In this document: positions 38,565 through 52,716 of the stretch, one piece after another
Position numbering within the stretch: the stretch's first letter is position 1
Layout: every line of letters begins with the position of its first letter
Notes under the pieces: generated by a model
Seen by the model: the letters and a program-made list of their open reading frames with translations, nothing else
Databases searched by the model: none
What the model was told of the DNA's origin: nothing
NCBI RefSeq assembly: GCF_001194135.2
Contig: NC_068981.1
Location: 89,770,992 to 89,834,991, forward strand
Direction of reading: 5' to 3'
From: Octopus bimaculoides
Lineage: Eukaryota
Length of the DNA: 64,000 bases
Position numbers and translations under genes: made by a program

Positions 38565-38739
38565 AGAGTAGAGATTTATGTTTAAAAATAAACGAGTATA
38601 GAGTAGGGATTTATGTTTTAAAATAAACGAGTACAGAGTAGGGATTTATGTTTTAAAATAAACGAGTACAGAGTAGGGATTTATGTTTTAAAATAAACGA
38701 GTACAGAGTAGGGATTTATGTTTTAAAATAAACGAGTAC
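38565..38739. repeat. Minisatellite, 35-bp unit x5 (agagtagggatttatgttttaaaataaacgagtac)
   Basis: Units start at 38565, 38600, 38635, 38670 and 38705; no spacers. Confidence 0.95.
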
Positions 38740-40523
38740 AGTTACTTCATTTTAAACTGCAATATGTTGGTTTGGAGAAGGAAGTGTAATGTGTAGAATT
38801 TTTATATGTGTTTAGGAGCAAGCTCGGAAATATTGGTCAAAATGTTCAATATGATGACGTTCAAAATGCAATAATGTAAAGTACATTAGATGATGACGGG
38901 AGGGAAGAGTATGATGATGTTCAAGAAGTGTGAACGGTTGCTAGCTAAGAATTTGAAAGTAGCACTGACTGATGGAGAGGAAACAGAGTAAGGCCAACCA
39001 GTGAAGTAGAGATTATTGATGGTTAAGGACGTGCAATTCAGTACTTGTTTGACCTACTATTTTTTCATGAATATGAATTAATATTTTAACTGTTCAAGCA
39101 GTTCTTGTTTTCTTTTTGCCAGATATAGACTATAAAACTTCATAAAATGTTGTGCCTCAGTATAGTACCAGTCTAAGACGGTTAATGCTCAATTTTTATT
39201 TATTTATTTTACCGAAAAAGAATTCATTTAAAGTTTCTTTAGTTACATTGAGAAGCAGCTCTTTCTAATAGCAAAAATACAAGAAGCAGCTTTATAAGTT
39301 CAACTTTATGTTGTGTCTTTTATTTTTGAGAAGTCTTTGGTGGTATCTCAAGATATCAATTGTTTATCCGTAGAGTGGTTTGAAGAGATATAATTTCCGA
39401 GATAAAATGCTTCTATTTTGATTTTTAAGTATTGCTACGATATCCTGTTGAAAATGTTGATTAACTCCTTAGTTAGCGCAGCCTTAAGCTTTCGAGGTTA
39501 TAAGTGTATAACGTGTTACAAGTAGAAGAGAAAGTGAATGGAAAATGGCGTGCCATCGGACGAAGTATATATGAGTAGGATTAATAGAGTAGATAATATC
39601 AATAACGTAGAGAGATGATATGAAATATCCTCGAGGATTGACTGGGGTTTACAATATGTGGTGAAAATCATTGTCCATCGACGTGTACAACGTATTCAGA
39701 AGATAACAATTTAAGTAATTAGATTGGAATGCTATTCGTAGACAATTTACTTAGCATGTTTTCATGTAAAAAATTGATTGTAACTTTTCATGTCTAGTGT
39801 AATAGACTCGCTTTCATTAAAGATTTTAGTGCAAGAGGTCATGGACATGTACGTAAGATATTTGTTTAAATCAGTCATTGCAACATACAATTATTTATAT
39901 GCTGTTTTCCTTATATAAAAGAAAGTGTTTTGCCTGACTTGTATATTGGAATCTGTTAATTCTTTCATCTCTAATTCTTTATATCAAACATTTATAAAGA
40001 ATGACTAATGACGCCTACAAAGATATTCTATTCCTTATTTGAAAGTAAAAATAAATTTCTGGCACTGTTCAAATTACTTCAGACGAACAACGACTAACAT
40101 GAAGGCAGTATCTGATTACATCTTTAAGATCAAACTTGCATTGAGGCAAAACCTAATATTCAATTTACAATTGAAATTCTAAATATAAGTTCATCATAAT
40201 GAAATTTGGACTGGTTGTTTATAAACTTCGTTATAACCGCTATTTGGGAAATTTTTCTGAGTAAAAAATATGCCTGATATATTTATCTAACAAAGCATTC
40301 TATAATATCATTACAGAATATAAATGACCATCAAAAACGTAAACAAATAAATAAACTCGGTCAATTACCTGAACAGAAGAAATTGATCAATGTTGAAATT
40401 ATTCCAACATTTTGCCGCAACTTTAGATGTTCTGAATCTTTCCGGTTTAAATCTTATTAAATTTCAAATTTGCTTTTATAAGTGCAATACATATATACAT
40501 ACACAAATACATACATACATACA

Positions 40524-40554
<31 letters not shown>

Positions 40555-40629
40555 GTAGGTATATATGTTTGTATGTATATATGTATATATGTGTACGTGT
40601 GTGCATGTATATACACGCATATACACACG

Positions 40630-40779
<150 letters not shown>

Positions 40780-41240
40780 TTACGCAAACGCACATACACA
40801 CACGTAATAGATAAACGGCTATAGAATAATTTACAACTTCTGCTAAATATATGCGTTAAATTGATTATAATTGTAAACCCAATGCTGGTTGTAATCATTT
40901 ATGTTTATATTCGAGTAAATTGGTACTTAAATAGCTTGAAAGATAACTTTTATAAAAGATGAAAGAGTAAATTATACGAAAAGAACATCACCCAGAAAAT
41001 AACCAAATTTCTTCAAATGATCGTAGGAGCCTCTCGTGATAGCTCGAAATACTACAAATAACCAAATTTATTTCAAATAATACCTATCGTCTTAATAAAA
41101 AACACTTGAAAAATATGTTTTAAAAATAAAGTCGCGGATAATCAATAACAATTTACATGGTTACTATTGGAGCTGCTTTGATCACAGGTCTGCTCGGTCG
41201 TGGTTGACCTGGGGCTAAATATCAATAAATTTCCTTGTAT

Positions 41241-41457
41241 AATAATCCTTTCTACTATCGGCACAAGGCCTGGAATTTTGTGAGGAGAGAAATGATCGAT
41301 CACATTGACCCCAGTACTTGACTGGTATTTAATTTATCGATCCCGAAATGATGAAAGGCAAAGTCGACCTCGGCGGAATTTAAACTCAGAACATAGCAAC
41401 AGACGAAATACAGCTAAGCATTTCGACCGGCGTGCTAACGATTCTAACCAGCTCACC
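41241..41457 (-). mobile_element. SINE-A
   Basis: 'aataatcctttctactatcggcacaaggcc...gaaaggcaaagtcgacctcggcggaattt...ctaagcatttcgaccggcgtgctaacgattc'. Confidence 0.9.
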
Positions 41458-41893
41458 GAAATATATCTTTAGACCAGGCACAAGGCATTGCTGAAGTTGT
41501 TATTGTTCCTTAGGGCAAGATCATCCTAGATGAAAAACATTCCAGCCGTAATCATCCCGCCATTTTAAGAGTCCTTAGGATTATGTTATCTAAGCTGGCA
41601 GGGCATTATTTGAAGGTGACTTGGGTGCTATTTCTAGCAAGTAAACTGACTACGTAAAAGTTCACTCGCTAGCTCGAAGAAATTTTAGTCACATCCCTTT
41701 ACGATTTGAATTTAAATTTCGACAACTTTGTCTCCACTCCTTCTTAGGTGACTATTAATTTGAAATCCCACCGAGGTCGGCTTTGCGTTTCATCTTTACG
41801 GATACGTTGGAATGCAGTACCAGTCAAATATTGGAATTGACGTAAAAGATTAGTCTACAGCCTTCAATATTACTGGCCTTTACCCAAGTCAGA

Positions 41894-42121
41894 AATAAGC
41901 CTTTCTACTATAGGCACAAGGCCTGAAATTTTTTTGGGGGTGGGAGGAGGGACTAAGTCGATTACATCGACCTCAGTACTCAACTGGTACTTAATTTATT
42001 GACCCCGAAAGGAGCAAAGGCAAAGTCGGCCTCGGCGGAATTTGAACTTAGAACGTGGCGACGAGCGAAATGCTGCTAAACATTTCGTCCAGTGTACTAT
42101 CGATTCTGCCAGCTCGCCGCC
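41894..42121 (-). mobile_element. SINE-A
   Basis: Same family, ending '...gattctgccagctcgccgcc'. Confidence 0.9.
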
Positions 42122-42962
42122 TTTCCTAACTCAGAAATAATATAAGCAAAGAATGGGAGACAGTGTTATATTTCGGTGGCTTTCGAACTGAAAAGGTAAC
42201 GAAATGTAGTTAAATGTCCCAAGCTCTTCTGGCTTACCTTGTCTGCAACCCAGTGTCCTCTTTAATCATGAGATATAATGCATTTCTAAACTGGAACTTA
42301 TTTTGTCAATCCTGAAAGGATGTAAAGCGAATTCGGTCTCGGGAGAATTTGAAATAACTTAGAGTTATACAACAAATATCGTATGATTTCTCTACGAACC
42401 TCAAGTAATATTGCTTATTTACTGATCTGGGAACATAAGCCTAAGGCCACAATTCTGTCATTCGATTAAATTGATTTCAGTACACGCTTGGTATTCATGT
42501 TATCTGCCTACGTAGGATAAAAAGTAAAGTCAAAGAATATTGTCCAAGGTGTCTCGCAGTGGAGTCTTTACTCGGGACTCACAATTTCTTAATTATTCAG
42601 CAGTTTTTACATATACACATGTACACAAGCATGACGCACATAACGAAAGACAAATATATATATATACACACACACACACGCACACACAGGCGAAAGTATG
42701 AGAGCACTCATTCTAGGACACACGCAAATTTTTCCATGAACAATATGTTCAGAGTAAAGTTCCCAGCTACACACTGCGTACATATGTATGTGTGTGAGGC
42801 AGAGAGGGAGAAAAAGAAAAAGAGTGCGTGTGTTTATGTATGTATGTATGTATGTATGTATGCATGTGTAAGAATAGGTATGGTTAAATGAATATCTGTT
42901 TCTTAGTGCTAAAGCAATAACAATAACAGCTTTCATATTATCAAAGGAATCAAACATTTCTT

Positions 42963-42992
42963 TTACAACAACAACAGCAACAACAACAACAA

Positions 42993-43028
<36 letters not shown>

Positions 43029-43045
43029 CTCCAGGAACAACAACA
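42963..43045. repeat. (CAA)n microsatellite
   Basis: Seen directly. Confidence 0.9.
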
Positions 43046-43855
43046 AAACGACTAAAAAATCTACAAGAAGAGTTTACGAAACCACGAAACAAAAATCACC
43101 GTGATCGTCTTGATGTAGCTTCTGAAATGCCGCACTTAGAAATAAATCGATCGGAAGTGAGGAAAGGGAAAAACAGAAACCAATGAGGAGCAATGATTTT
43201 TAAAGAATTTTTTGTAGTTCATAATTCTTCTCCATTCTTTATCTCTCTCTACCTTTATTTCTTTCTCTGCCGCAATTTATTTTTCTCTCTCGTTTTTACA
43301 TACCTTTTGGTTTATCTTCTCATCTGTCTAGCTAGCGGTTAACTATGAATCTATCACTGCGTCTCTCTTCGTGATAATTCAGCATGCTCTATATGTTAAA
43401 ATATTTACATATGTAAGCATGTATGCATTCGTATGCGTATGCATTTATGGATGTATGCATGTGTGTATGAAAAGCATATGTGTCAGATATAGTAATATCT
43501 ATTATAATTTTTCATGTTTATGCTGGTAGCAAATGATGAACAAATATTTAGAAATGCATAACATAAAAATGTCATATAAAAATATAGCACTTTACATTAT
43601 GTCTGTGTATGTGTTGTATACAATATGCGCGTGCATGTGTGTCTATGCATACACTGTATGCATNNNNNNNNNNNNNNNNNNNNNNNNNNNNNNNNNNNNN
43701 NNNNNNNNNNNNNNNNNNNNNNNNNNNNNNNNNNNNNNNNNNNNNNNNNNNNNNNNNNNNNNNNNNNNNNNNNNNNNNNNNNNNNNNNNNNNNNNNNNNN
43801 NNNNNNNNNNNNNNNNNNNNNNNNNNNNNNNNNNNNNNNNNNTATATATACATAC

Positions 43856-43926
<71 letters not shown>

Positions 43927-44420
43927 CATACATACACACACGCACACACACATATGGTATTAGCTTAACGCTTTACCCGAAAGATAGTCTTGACGTTTCG
44001 GACACCAGTCTTTTATCAGACGAAAAACAAATCATAGAAGAAGCGAGAAAGAATAATTGTCAGCGAGAGAGAAAATAAAAACACTCGAAGAAGTAGGAGT
44101 TAGTTGGAAATGCGGTTCCAAGGATGGGATGGAGTGTAAAATGATGTATGTGTGTGTTTGTCCTGGAATCTATAAGAGGTGGGGGGATGGGGGGGATGTC
44201 TTTTCAGTGGGAAGAGATATGCGTAAAAGTGTACATATGAGGAAATATAGTGGTGTGGGTTAGGGAAGATGAGTGGTATTCTTGCGTGTAACCGTTGTGT
44301 GCGAAGAAAGCGTGTATGTGAGGAGATGGGAATGGGCGCGAGTACGAAGCACAGGGAAGGTAATTGGAATGCGGAGAGAGAGACAGAAGAAGGTTTGAAC
44401 TATATATATAGAGAGAGAGA

Positions 44421-44588
44421 GACGCAGCAGTGGCTGTGTGGTAAAAAGCTAGCTTCCCAACCACATGATTCCGGGTAGAGTCCCACTGCGTGGTACCTTG
44501 CTCAAGTGTCTTCTATCATAGCATTGGGCCGACCAGTCTTGTGAGTGGAGTTTGTAGACGGAAACTGAATGAAGCCCACCGTTTATGC

Positions 44589-44629
<41 letters not shown>

Positions 44630-44735
44630 TAATTGTGTGTCTCTGTTTCTGTCCCCCCCCACCATCGTTTGACAGCCGATGCTGGTGTTTTTACGCCCCC
44701 GTAACTTAGCGGTTCAGCAAAAAAGACCGATAGAA
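44421..44735 (+). mobile_element. SINE-B running into an assembly gap
   Basis: 'cagtggctgtgtggtaaaaagctagcttcccaaccacatgattccggg...gtaacttagcggttcagcaaaaaagaccgatagaa'. Confidence 0.9.
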
Positions 44736-45631
44736 NNNNNNNNNNNNNNNNNNNNNNNNNNNNNNNNNNNNNNNNNNNNNNNNNNNNNNNNNNNNNNNNN
44801 NNNNNNNNNNNNNNNNNNNNNNNNNNNNNNNNNNNNNNNNNNNNNNNNNNNNNNNNNNNNNNNNNNNNNNNNNNNNNNNNNNNNNNNNNNNNNNNNNNNN
44901 NNNNNNNNNNNNNNNNNNNNNNNNNNNNNNNNNNNNNNNNNNNNNNNNNNNNNNNNNNNNNNNNNNNNNNNNNNNNNNNNNNNNNNNNNNNNNNNNNNNN
45001 NNNNNNNNNNNNNNNNNNNNNNNNNNNNNNNNNNNNNNNNNNNNNNNNNNNNNNNNNNNNNNNNNNNNNNNNNNNNNNNNNNNNNNNNNNNNNNNNNNNN
45101 NNNNNNNNNNNNNNNNNNNNNNNNNNNNNNNNNNNNNNNNNNNNNNNNNNNNNNNNNNNNNNNNNNNNNNNNNNNNNNNNNNNNNNNNNNNNNNNNNNNN
45201 NNNNNNNNNNNNNNNNNNNNNNNNNNNNNNNNNNNNNNNNNNNNNNNNNNNNNNNNNNNNNNNNNNNNNNNNNNNNNNNNNNNNNNNNNNNNNNNNNNNN
45301 NNNNNNNNNNNNNNNNNNNNNNNNNNNNNNNNNNNNNNNNNNNNNNNNNNNNNNNNNNNNNNNNNNNNNNNNNNNNNNNNNNNNNNNNNNNNNNNNNNNN
45401 NNNNNNNNNNNNNNNNNNNNNNNNNNNNNNNNNNNNNNNNNNNNNNNNNNNNNNNNNNNNNNNNNNNNNNNNNNNNNNNNNNNNNNNNNNNNNNNNNNNN
45501 NNNNNNNNNNNNNNNNNNNNNNNNNNNNNNNNNNNNNNNNNNNNNNNNNNNNNNNNNNNNNNNNNNNNNNNNNNNNNNNNNNNNNNNNNNNNNNNNNNNN
45601 NNNNNNNNNNNNNNNNNNTATATATATATAA

Positions 45632-46420
45632 GTGAAGGTTAGTAAAAAAAATTACACGCACCTTTTTTTTAATCATTATTTATTAAACAAAAGCAAAGCA
45701 TTATTTGAACAATTACAGCATTTTTCAAAATAGTCTTTGCTTTTCGATGCACTTCTTCCATGGTCCACAAGCTTGCTTATTTTGTCAGAGGAAAGGTTTT
45801 CGGCTGGTTGCACAGCTAGTTATGCACCCCTTCCTTTCGCTCCATCGCCGTAGTGGTCGAGTAAGCGTTGACAGAACTCCACACGATTGCACTTATTCGC
45901 TTCGGTAAGCCGTCTTTGAACCCATCTAGCATAGACTCTATGGAAGCAAAGCTCGTCGTGGATGATTTCATATGCAGAACTATGATTAGCTTGTAAAAAG
46001 CATGCCACCTCATCGATGGTCACTCGTCGGTTCGCTAGAACCATCTCTCGTGCTTTTTGAGTTTTCACTCAGTGGTGGAGGTTGATGGTGGTCTTGTCCC
46101 TCTTCCTGCTTCACATTAGTTCGGCAATTTTTAACTTCTCGATCTACTCATACATACTACTACGGAGTAGAACGCTGTCTCCGTATTATACTGAGATCCT
46201 GCGAGGAATTCCAGCCTTGACACACCTTCAGACTAAAGGAATCGAATCACTGATCACTATTCTTCCTCGGTGAACAGTGCCAGCGGATTAGCTATGTTTA
46301 TTTTGTAGTTTGTAACAAGAACGAAAATAGGAGTGATCGAGGTGAAACCTGGGTGTACGTAACTATAAGTGTACCAACTTTTAGCACGCGAGCGCTGAAG
46401 TTAGAGCAGCCAACCTAAAG
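45632..46420 (-). mobile_element. Internally deleted mariner element
   Basis: 'NRRVTIDEVA...IIHDELCFHRVYARWVQRRLTEANK..RVEFCQRLLDHY' is followed almost immediately by a C-terminus-like 'KISKLVDHGRSASKSKDYFEK'; the DD34D catalytic region is missing. Confidence 0.85.
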
Positions 46421-46628
46421 AAATATATATATATATATATGTATGTATGCATGTACATATATACGAGATGTCGGAGCAGATTTCCGCCCCGACATCCGAA
46501 ACTCGGTATCTTATTATGGCAACAGAATAATTGTCACATATTATATTACAGATAAATTTCTCTATTTACATAATATCGAGGTTTCATTCCTTCTTTTGTT
46601 GTCATGCCATTACTTTTAATATGTATAC

Positions 46629-46659
<31 letters not shown>

Positions 46660-48439
46660 NNNNNNNNNNNNNNNNNNNNNNNNNNNNNNNNNNNNNNNNN
46701 NNNNNNNNNNNNNNNNNNNNNNNNNNNNNNNNNNNNNNNNNNNNNNNNNNNNNNNNNNNNNNNNNNNNNNNNNNNNNNNNNNNNNNNNNNNNNNNNNNNN
46801 NNNNNNNNNNNNNNNNNNNNNNNNNNNNNNNNNNNNNNNNNNNNNNNNNNNNNNNNNNNNNNNNNNNNNNNNNNNNNNNNNNNNNNNNNNNNNNNNNNNN
46901 NNNNNNNNNNNNNNNNNNNNNNNNNNNNNNNNNNNNNNNNNNNNNNNNNNNNNNNNNNNNNNNNNNNNNNNNNNNNNNNNNNNNNNNNNNNNNNNNNNNN
47001 NNNNNNNNNNNNNNNNNNNNNNNNNNNNNNNNNNNNNNNNNNNNNNNNNNNNNNNNNNNNNNNNNNNNNNNNNNNNNNNNNNNNNNNNNNNNNNNNNNNN
47101 NNNNNNNNNNNNNNNNNNNNNNNNNNNNNNNNNNNNNNNNNNNNNNNNNNNNNNNNNNNNNNNNNNNNNNNNNNNNNNNNNNNNNNNNNNCAGGCTGTAA
47201 ACATTCATTTGGATTTATTTATTAATTGATTACAATTATATGTATAAGTAATCAAAATAAGCAAATGAAATAAGCAACTAAACAAGTAAATAAATAGATT
47301 GAACAAAATATGAAAGATAATTATTAAATATTACAAGAAATTTTCCCATCAACCGTGATGTAGAATGCCTATACTTAAATTTAAAACGACCGAAGAAAAT
47401 CTAATAACCGCAGTAAATCAAGTATTCAAAAATTAGTCATGAAACATTATGAAAATTGTAATGAAGTTCCTTAGAAGTATCACCTGAGTAATGACTAGGG
47501 AAACATGCACAAGGAGATTACTGTTTCAGCGCAACATTTATTTCTTCATTTGAAAGGTTTTCGGCGTATCAACAGAAGTTCATGCATGGCCATGTTAGGA
47601 GAAATCTTCAAAGTGACTCTAACTTTGATAACCAAACAGTCTAGCTTGAACTAACAACCGATATTTAAGGCTATAGAGCTTTCAGTTGATAAACACCTTG
47701 TGAGATTCTGAGTGCAAATTGATAGTTAGAAACCTGTTGCACGTATATGTGTGTGGGTGTTTCTGTATATGTGTGTATGTATATATGCATGTATAGCAAG
47801 TGTGTGCGTGTATACAAAGAGAGAAAACTATCCCGATTCGGTGATTGTAAGAAAGGAAGAACTCGATGTTATTGTACATACACATATATTCAGTCATATC
47901 AATGCACACACACAAGTGTGTGTGTGTGTGTTTGTGTGTGTGTATATGTGTGTGTGTATGCTTCTATGTGTGTGCCTGTGAGTGTGGGGGCGTGTAATTC
48001 TTAGTTCGATAACAAATTTTGTCTCTTTTGTGCACATTCCACAGGCAATTCTAATTTCTAATTGGCATTGTTGCAGAGATGATTCGCAACAAATTCATTT
48101 GTTTCTCTAATAATCTTGCATTTGCAGTGCTTCAGTCTTTTGCAGTCTTTTACAAAACTAAAGCATCACCTGTATAGCGTTTTGCAACAGTTTACTATTG
48201 AATTCTTGTATGAAAGTGAAATTAATGAGATGCCTGCACTTTGTCGCCTTTGAAGATTCAATGTCACGAGGAATCCTTTCATATCAAAAAATGAATATCG
48301 TCCAGATATGTTTTGCGTCTCAGTATTTCATGATACGTCTGGGCTTGAAAATAATATTTGTCGTTGTTCTTGTTTAGGGCAAAGTCAGCCTTGATCAACT
48401 AGTTATTGTAATCAAAGACGTTCAAACCAGAATTATCCA

Positions 48440-48660
48440 GCGAGCTGGCAGAATCGTTAGCGTGCTGGACGAAATGCTTAATGGTATTTCGCCCGTCGCT
48501 ACGTTCTGAGTTCAAATTCCGCCAAGGTCGACTTTGTCTTATATCCTTTCGGCGTCAATAAACTAAGTAACAGTAACACACTAGGGTTGATGTAATCGAC
48601 TATCCTCCTCTACCCCCAAATTTCAGGCCTTGTGCCTATAGTACAAAGGATTATTAATAT
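48440..48660 (+). mobile_element. SINE-A, near full length
   Basis: 'gcgagctggcagaatcgttagcgtgctggacgaaatgctt...gttcaaattccgccaaggtcgacttt...ccttgtgcctatagtacaaaggattatt'. Confidence 0.9.
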
Positions 48661-49468
48661 TATTCAGTAGTCTTATTTGTATCGAGTGCTTTCACTGTAT
48701 GTGCTGCGGTTTGTTGTGATGCTCTCATTTTTATTGTATTGAAAGTGTTTTACGGAGGATGTGTGCGGTGCTTAGTAGCGCTATTTCTTGTATGTTATAT
48801 ATACTTGTCAGTCCTGGTGATTTTGTTATGTATCTGTCTGAATATTTTTTATCATATCTAATGCGTCTACTATGATATGAATTGTTTCTGTTTTTAGATT
48901 CCACATTCGAGTTACCTCTATTTCCAGGTCTTCGTATTTTGAAAATTTCTCCGTTTCTTTTAGAGAAACATCGCCACCTGTTGGCATTGATACCTCAATT
49001 AGAAAACATTTTTTTTCCTTGATGATCTCTGACAACTGTATCCGGCCTATTGGCCTTAATTTCTCTGTCTGTGTGTATTGGCATATCCCAGAGTACGGTT
49101 GCTTTCTCATTTCCTGTGACCTTTTCTGGCGTGTGTTTATACCATCTTTTTCCTGTTGTTATTCCATAGTGTTGGCACAGCTTCCAGTGTATATAGGTCC
49201 CAACTTCGTCATGTCTGTGAATATATTACTTCTTAGCCAGGACTGGGCAGCCAGAGACAATATGATTTATTGTTTCTTGTCCATCTCCACATTTTCTGCA
49301 GTTAGTTTTTGTATTTCTTTTCATTACATGTTTTTGGCAATTTCTGGTGGACAAAGCTTTGAGATTGTGCTGCAATTAAAAATCCTTTAGTCTGTGCCAT
49401 TAGTTGGAATTTTGCTTTGTGTATGTCGTTTTGGCTTAGTTTAATCCAATATTTGCCATCAAGGGGCT
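48660..49468 (-). mobile_element. 5'-truncated RLE-type (R4/Dong-like) LINE: CCHC knuckle plus restriction-like endonuclease
   Basis: 'CRKCGDGQETINHIVSGCPVLA', 'RHDEVG', 'NRPDTVV', 'KCFLIEVSMP', 'EKFSKYEDLEIEVTRMWNLKTETIHIIVDALD'; frameshifted. Confidence 0.92.
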
Positions 49469-49494
49469 TTTATTATTATTATTATTATTATTAT

Positions 49495-49556
<62 letters not shown>

Positions 49557-49619
49557 ATGCTATATTGATGTTGTTATTCTTTTTCGCATACCATCAAAGT
49601 AATGCTGAGGTAGAAATAT

Positions 49620-49800
49620 GCGAAGGTTGACATACCCATCATGACTGCCCGTCTGATAAGGGTAAACCAGGGACATGCATCACAACCATATGTGCACTAT
49701 ATGGTGATCTCATATCAAGATAAATAACGCATGACCTTGCACGTGGGGCCAATTACAATTCAGATCGAGTAGTCCTTCCCGTTCAAAATGCTCCTGAAGA
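49620..49800 (-). mobile_element. Fragment of an (ATT)n-associated repeat, same family as 60326-60905
   Basis: 'tacccatcatgactgcccgtctgataagggtaaaccagg.acatgcatcacaaccatatgtgc...atcaagataaa' aligns with 60500-60670. Confidence 0.8.
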
Positions 49801-50294
49801 TAGGTTATGGTTCAGTGGTTAGAATGTTACGACGTCACTGATACCATGTCATATCGGCCTTTGCCTTTCCTTGGATGACATCGGTGACGTGGAGAGAGAA
49901 AGCTGGTATGCATGTGTAACTGTTGGTCTTCCATAAAAAAAACTCTTGCCTGGACTTGATGCAATCCCATAGTCATTCACGACCGAAAGCGGTCTTTACC
50001 CTCTTTTCTAGTATTAACTTATAAAGACGTAATTCTTCATTGTGACACCAACACTGTTACACTAATATGCTCGTGAGTAGAGTGAAGCATATCTGTGTAG
50101 CTAAGCGGTTTTGGTTCGCAATGGTGAGAAAGTGTCTTATACAATGCAGGGGGGATTAGAGAGACCTTTAATGCACGAACTGGCAGATACTGTCAGCTCC
50201 CAAATATACTACCTTTGAAATCATGAACAAAAATACTCTATTGTACCAGTCTGATATTTAAAGGTTCCCAGCTGTTCAACTACTTATCTAAAGA

Positions 50295-50378
50295 AATCAG
50301 AAGTATAACAATAACCGCTGTTAAAAGAATAAAAAATTTTTTATTGTTTTAACAGCGGTTATTTTTATACTTCTGATT
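50295..50378. other. 84-bp near-perfect palindrome with no loop (2 mismatches)
   Basis: aatcagaagtataacaataaccgctgttaaaagaataaaaaa|ttttttattgttttaacagcggttatttttatacttctgatt. Confidence 0.95.
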
Positions 50379-50799
50379 AAGCTCCTAACGACTATACTGG
50401 ACCAGCCTACCATTCAAGAATACATTCAGAGAAGATCAGCTACTACAAACTCGATCATAGATCAAACTCGATCATAAATTTGTTTCCTGAATCTCTTTCA
50501 CTTGCACTAGACTCGCACACATCCATCATCACTTGTAGCCGCAATCGCTGATTCACAAGCATTCGTAGACTGACTTAGAAATTTCTTTTTAAAAAGCAAG
50601 TCTAGAGTCTTTTGCTTAGAAGCTTTTTTATTTCGTTCTCTATAAATTTCTCGGTAATACACAGAAGCATTTTTTATGGTAGTAGAAACTTTTGCACTTC
50701 GTTCAAAATTTGGTTGTTTAACCTTTTCATATTTATTATTAAATAAAACTCGTAAAGCCGGGGTTTCGTAAAGCGGGTCCTCTAAAAGTGAGGTATTAC

Positions 50800-50808
50800 T
50801 GTATATCT

Positions 50809-50858
<50 letters not shown>

Positions 50859-51073
50859 GTATTCGTGTCTGTGTTTGTCCTCCACTGCCGCTTGACAACC
50901 AGTGATGGTTTGTTTATGTTCCTGTAATATAGCGGTTCGACCTAAGAGAACGATAGAATAAGTACTAGGTTTTAAAAATAAATTTTTTAATTCTGGGTCG
51001 ATTTGTTCGTCTAAAATCTCTTAAGGCGGTGCACCAGCATGGCCGCAGTCAAATTACTGAAGCAAGTAAAAGA
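50800..51073 (+). mobile_element. SINE-B 3' half
   Basis: 'gtgtttgtcc...gcttgacaacc...gcggttcg...gatagaataagtactagg...ggcggtgcaccagcatggccgcagtc'. Confidence 0.85.
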
Positions 51074-51706
51074 ATATATAATATGGAGATATTACATAAA
51101 TAACTGACCACGACTGTTATTATTCAATTAAGTACTCAATATATATTACAATACTTGATTATATGCATATTTGACTATTCACTCTAGTATTGAATTAACA
51201 CTTCAAAGTTAGTATTCTAACTCTCCCAGGAGAATAAAATATTGAAACCGGTACTTAATTGTTTTATATAAAAACACTCGAATTAACAGAAAAGTAATCA
51301 AAATAAAACAGAAACAAAACAGTAGACCTAACTTATTTATATTTATTGTTTTCTTCTCACCAAATGGGCAATTGGAGCCTAACATAGACTATACATGTAA
51401 TCCTAATTTTCAAAACTATTTTCAAAAAGGACTTAATATCAACAATTATTCAGTATAAAACAAATGTAAACTGATTATATATTCAATAATTGCTTAATGC
51501 TATAGACAGTGATAACGCTTTGAAGAAGTAGATAAATAAATAAATTGATAAATTAAAAAGCATAACTGCAACGAGATATGATATACCGTCAGCAAGTTCT
51601 CCAAAACGGTGGCCATGATTTGTGCTCTAAATTATCAAATTGTTATGGCAGTGTTGAAGTGTATACATTTATAAATCAGGATATGTGTATGCCTGTGTGC
51701 GTCTGC

Positions 51707-51744
<38 letters not shown>

Positions 51745-51953
51745 GTGTTTGCGTGCGTGTGTGTGCGTGTTTGTGCGCGTATGTGTATATAAAATGTGTA
51801 TATAAAATTACATACCTATCAATATAGATACATATATATATTACAAATACACACTCATATATATATATACACATACAAACACACGCAACACACACGCATA
51901 CACACGCGCACACACATTCACACACACATACAAACACACATACACACACAGGC

Positions 51954-52002
<49 letters not shown>

Positions 52003-52471
52003 ATAAATTCCGTAATTACTATAAAATATAATGCCTGCTTCTAAAAAGAAGATCGAAGGCGTATATCGTGAATTTTCCCATTATAATATCTTTAGAAAGA
52101 TAAAAGTTATCACAAAAACAACTAACTCTGGCATCGTAATATATATTCAGCCATGTTGGAATACCGTAGGAAGCTTCTGTTCAAATCACATCAAAAACAT
52201 CATATTATTATTGTAAGTAATAATTAAATAACAATTGTTATAATTGTCAACAACCTAGCATCAAAAGAAGATCTATTCACATATTAATTTTCTAACAGCG
52301 TCCTATTAAATTATTAAATTAAGCTTTTCATCAAAGTATCGGCAGAGTGATATTATCATGCTGTTATATTAAAACTTTCGAATTATCGTATGTTGGTTGA
52401 GTTACTCATTTTGTACTGTAGAAAGTATGTTCTTAGGCTCTCGTTCTTTGCAGTCATATCTGATAATTTAA

Positions 52472-52508
<37 letters not shown>

Positions 52509-52716
52509 NNNNNNNNNNNNNNNNNNNNNNNNNNNNNNNNNNNNNNNNNNNNNNNNNNNNNNNNNNNNNNNNNNNNNNTTTGGTTTGCAAGCTTCTTCAT
52601 GTGAGTTCGTGTGTTGAAGCATATTCTGTTGTATCTGGGGAGAGTCATTCTCTTTTGGTGCCTTATAATTTAATACACTCACCGGTAAAATTTCCACTTA
52701 TTTCTTTTTTATTTTT

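Noticed and set aside
38565-38739. 35-bp repeat array as a CRISPR array
   Set aside because: The units are contiguous with no spacers, there are no cas genes, and the context is eukaryotic.
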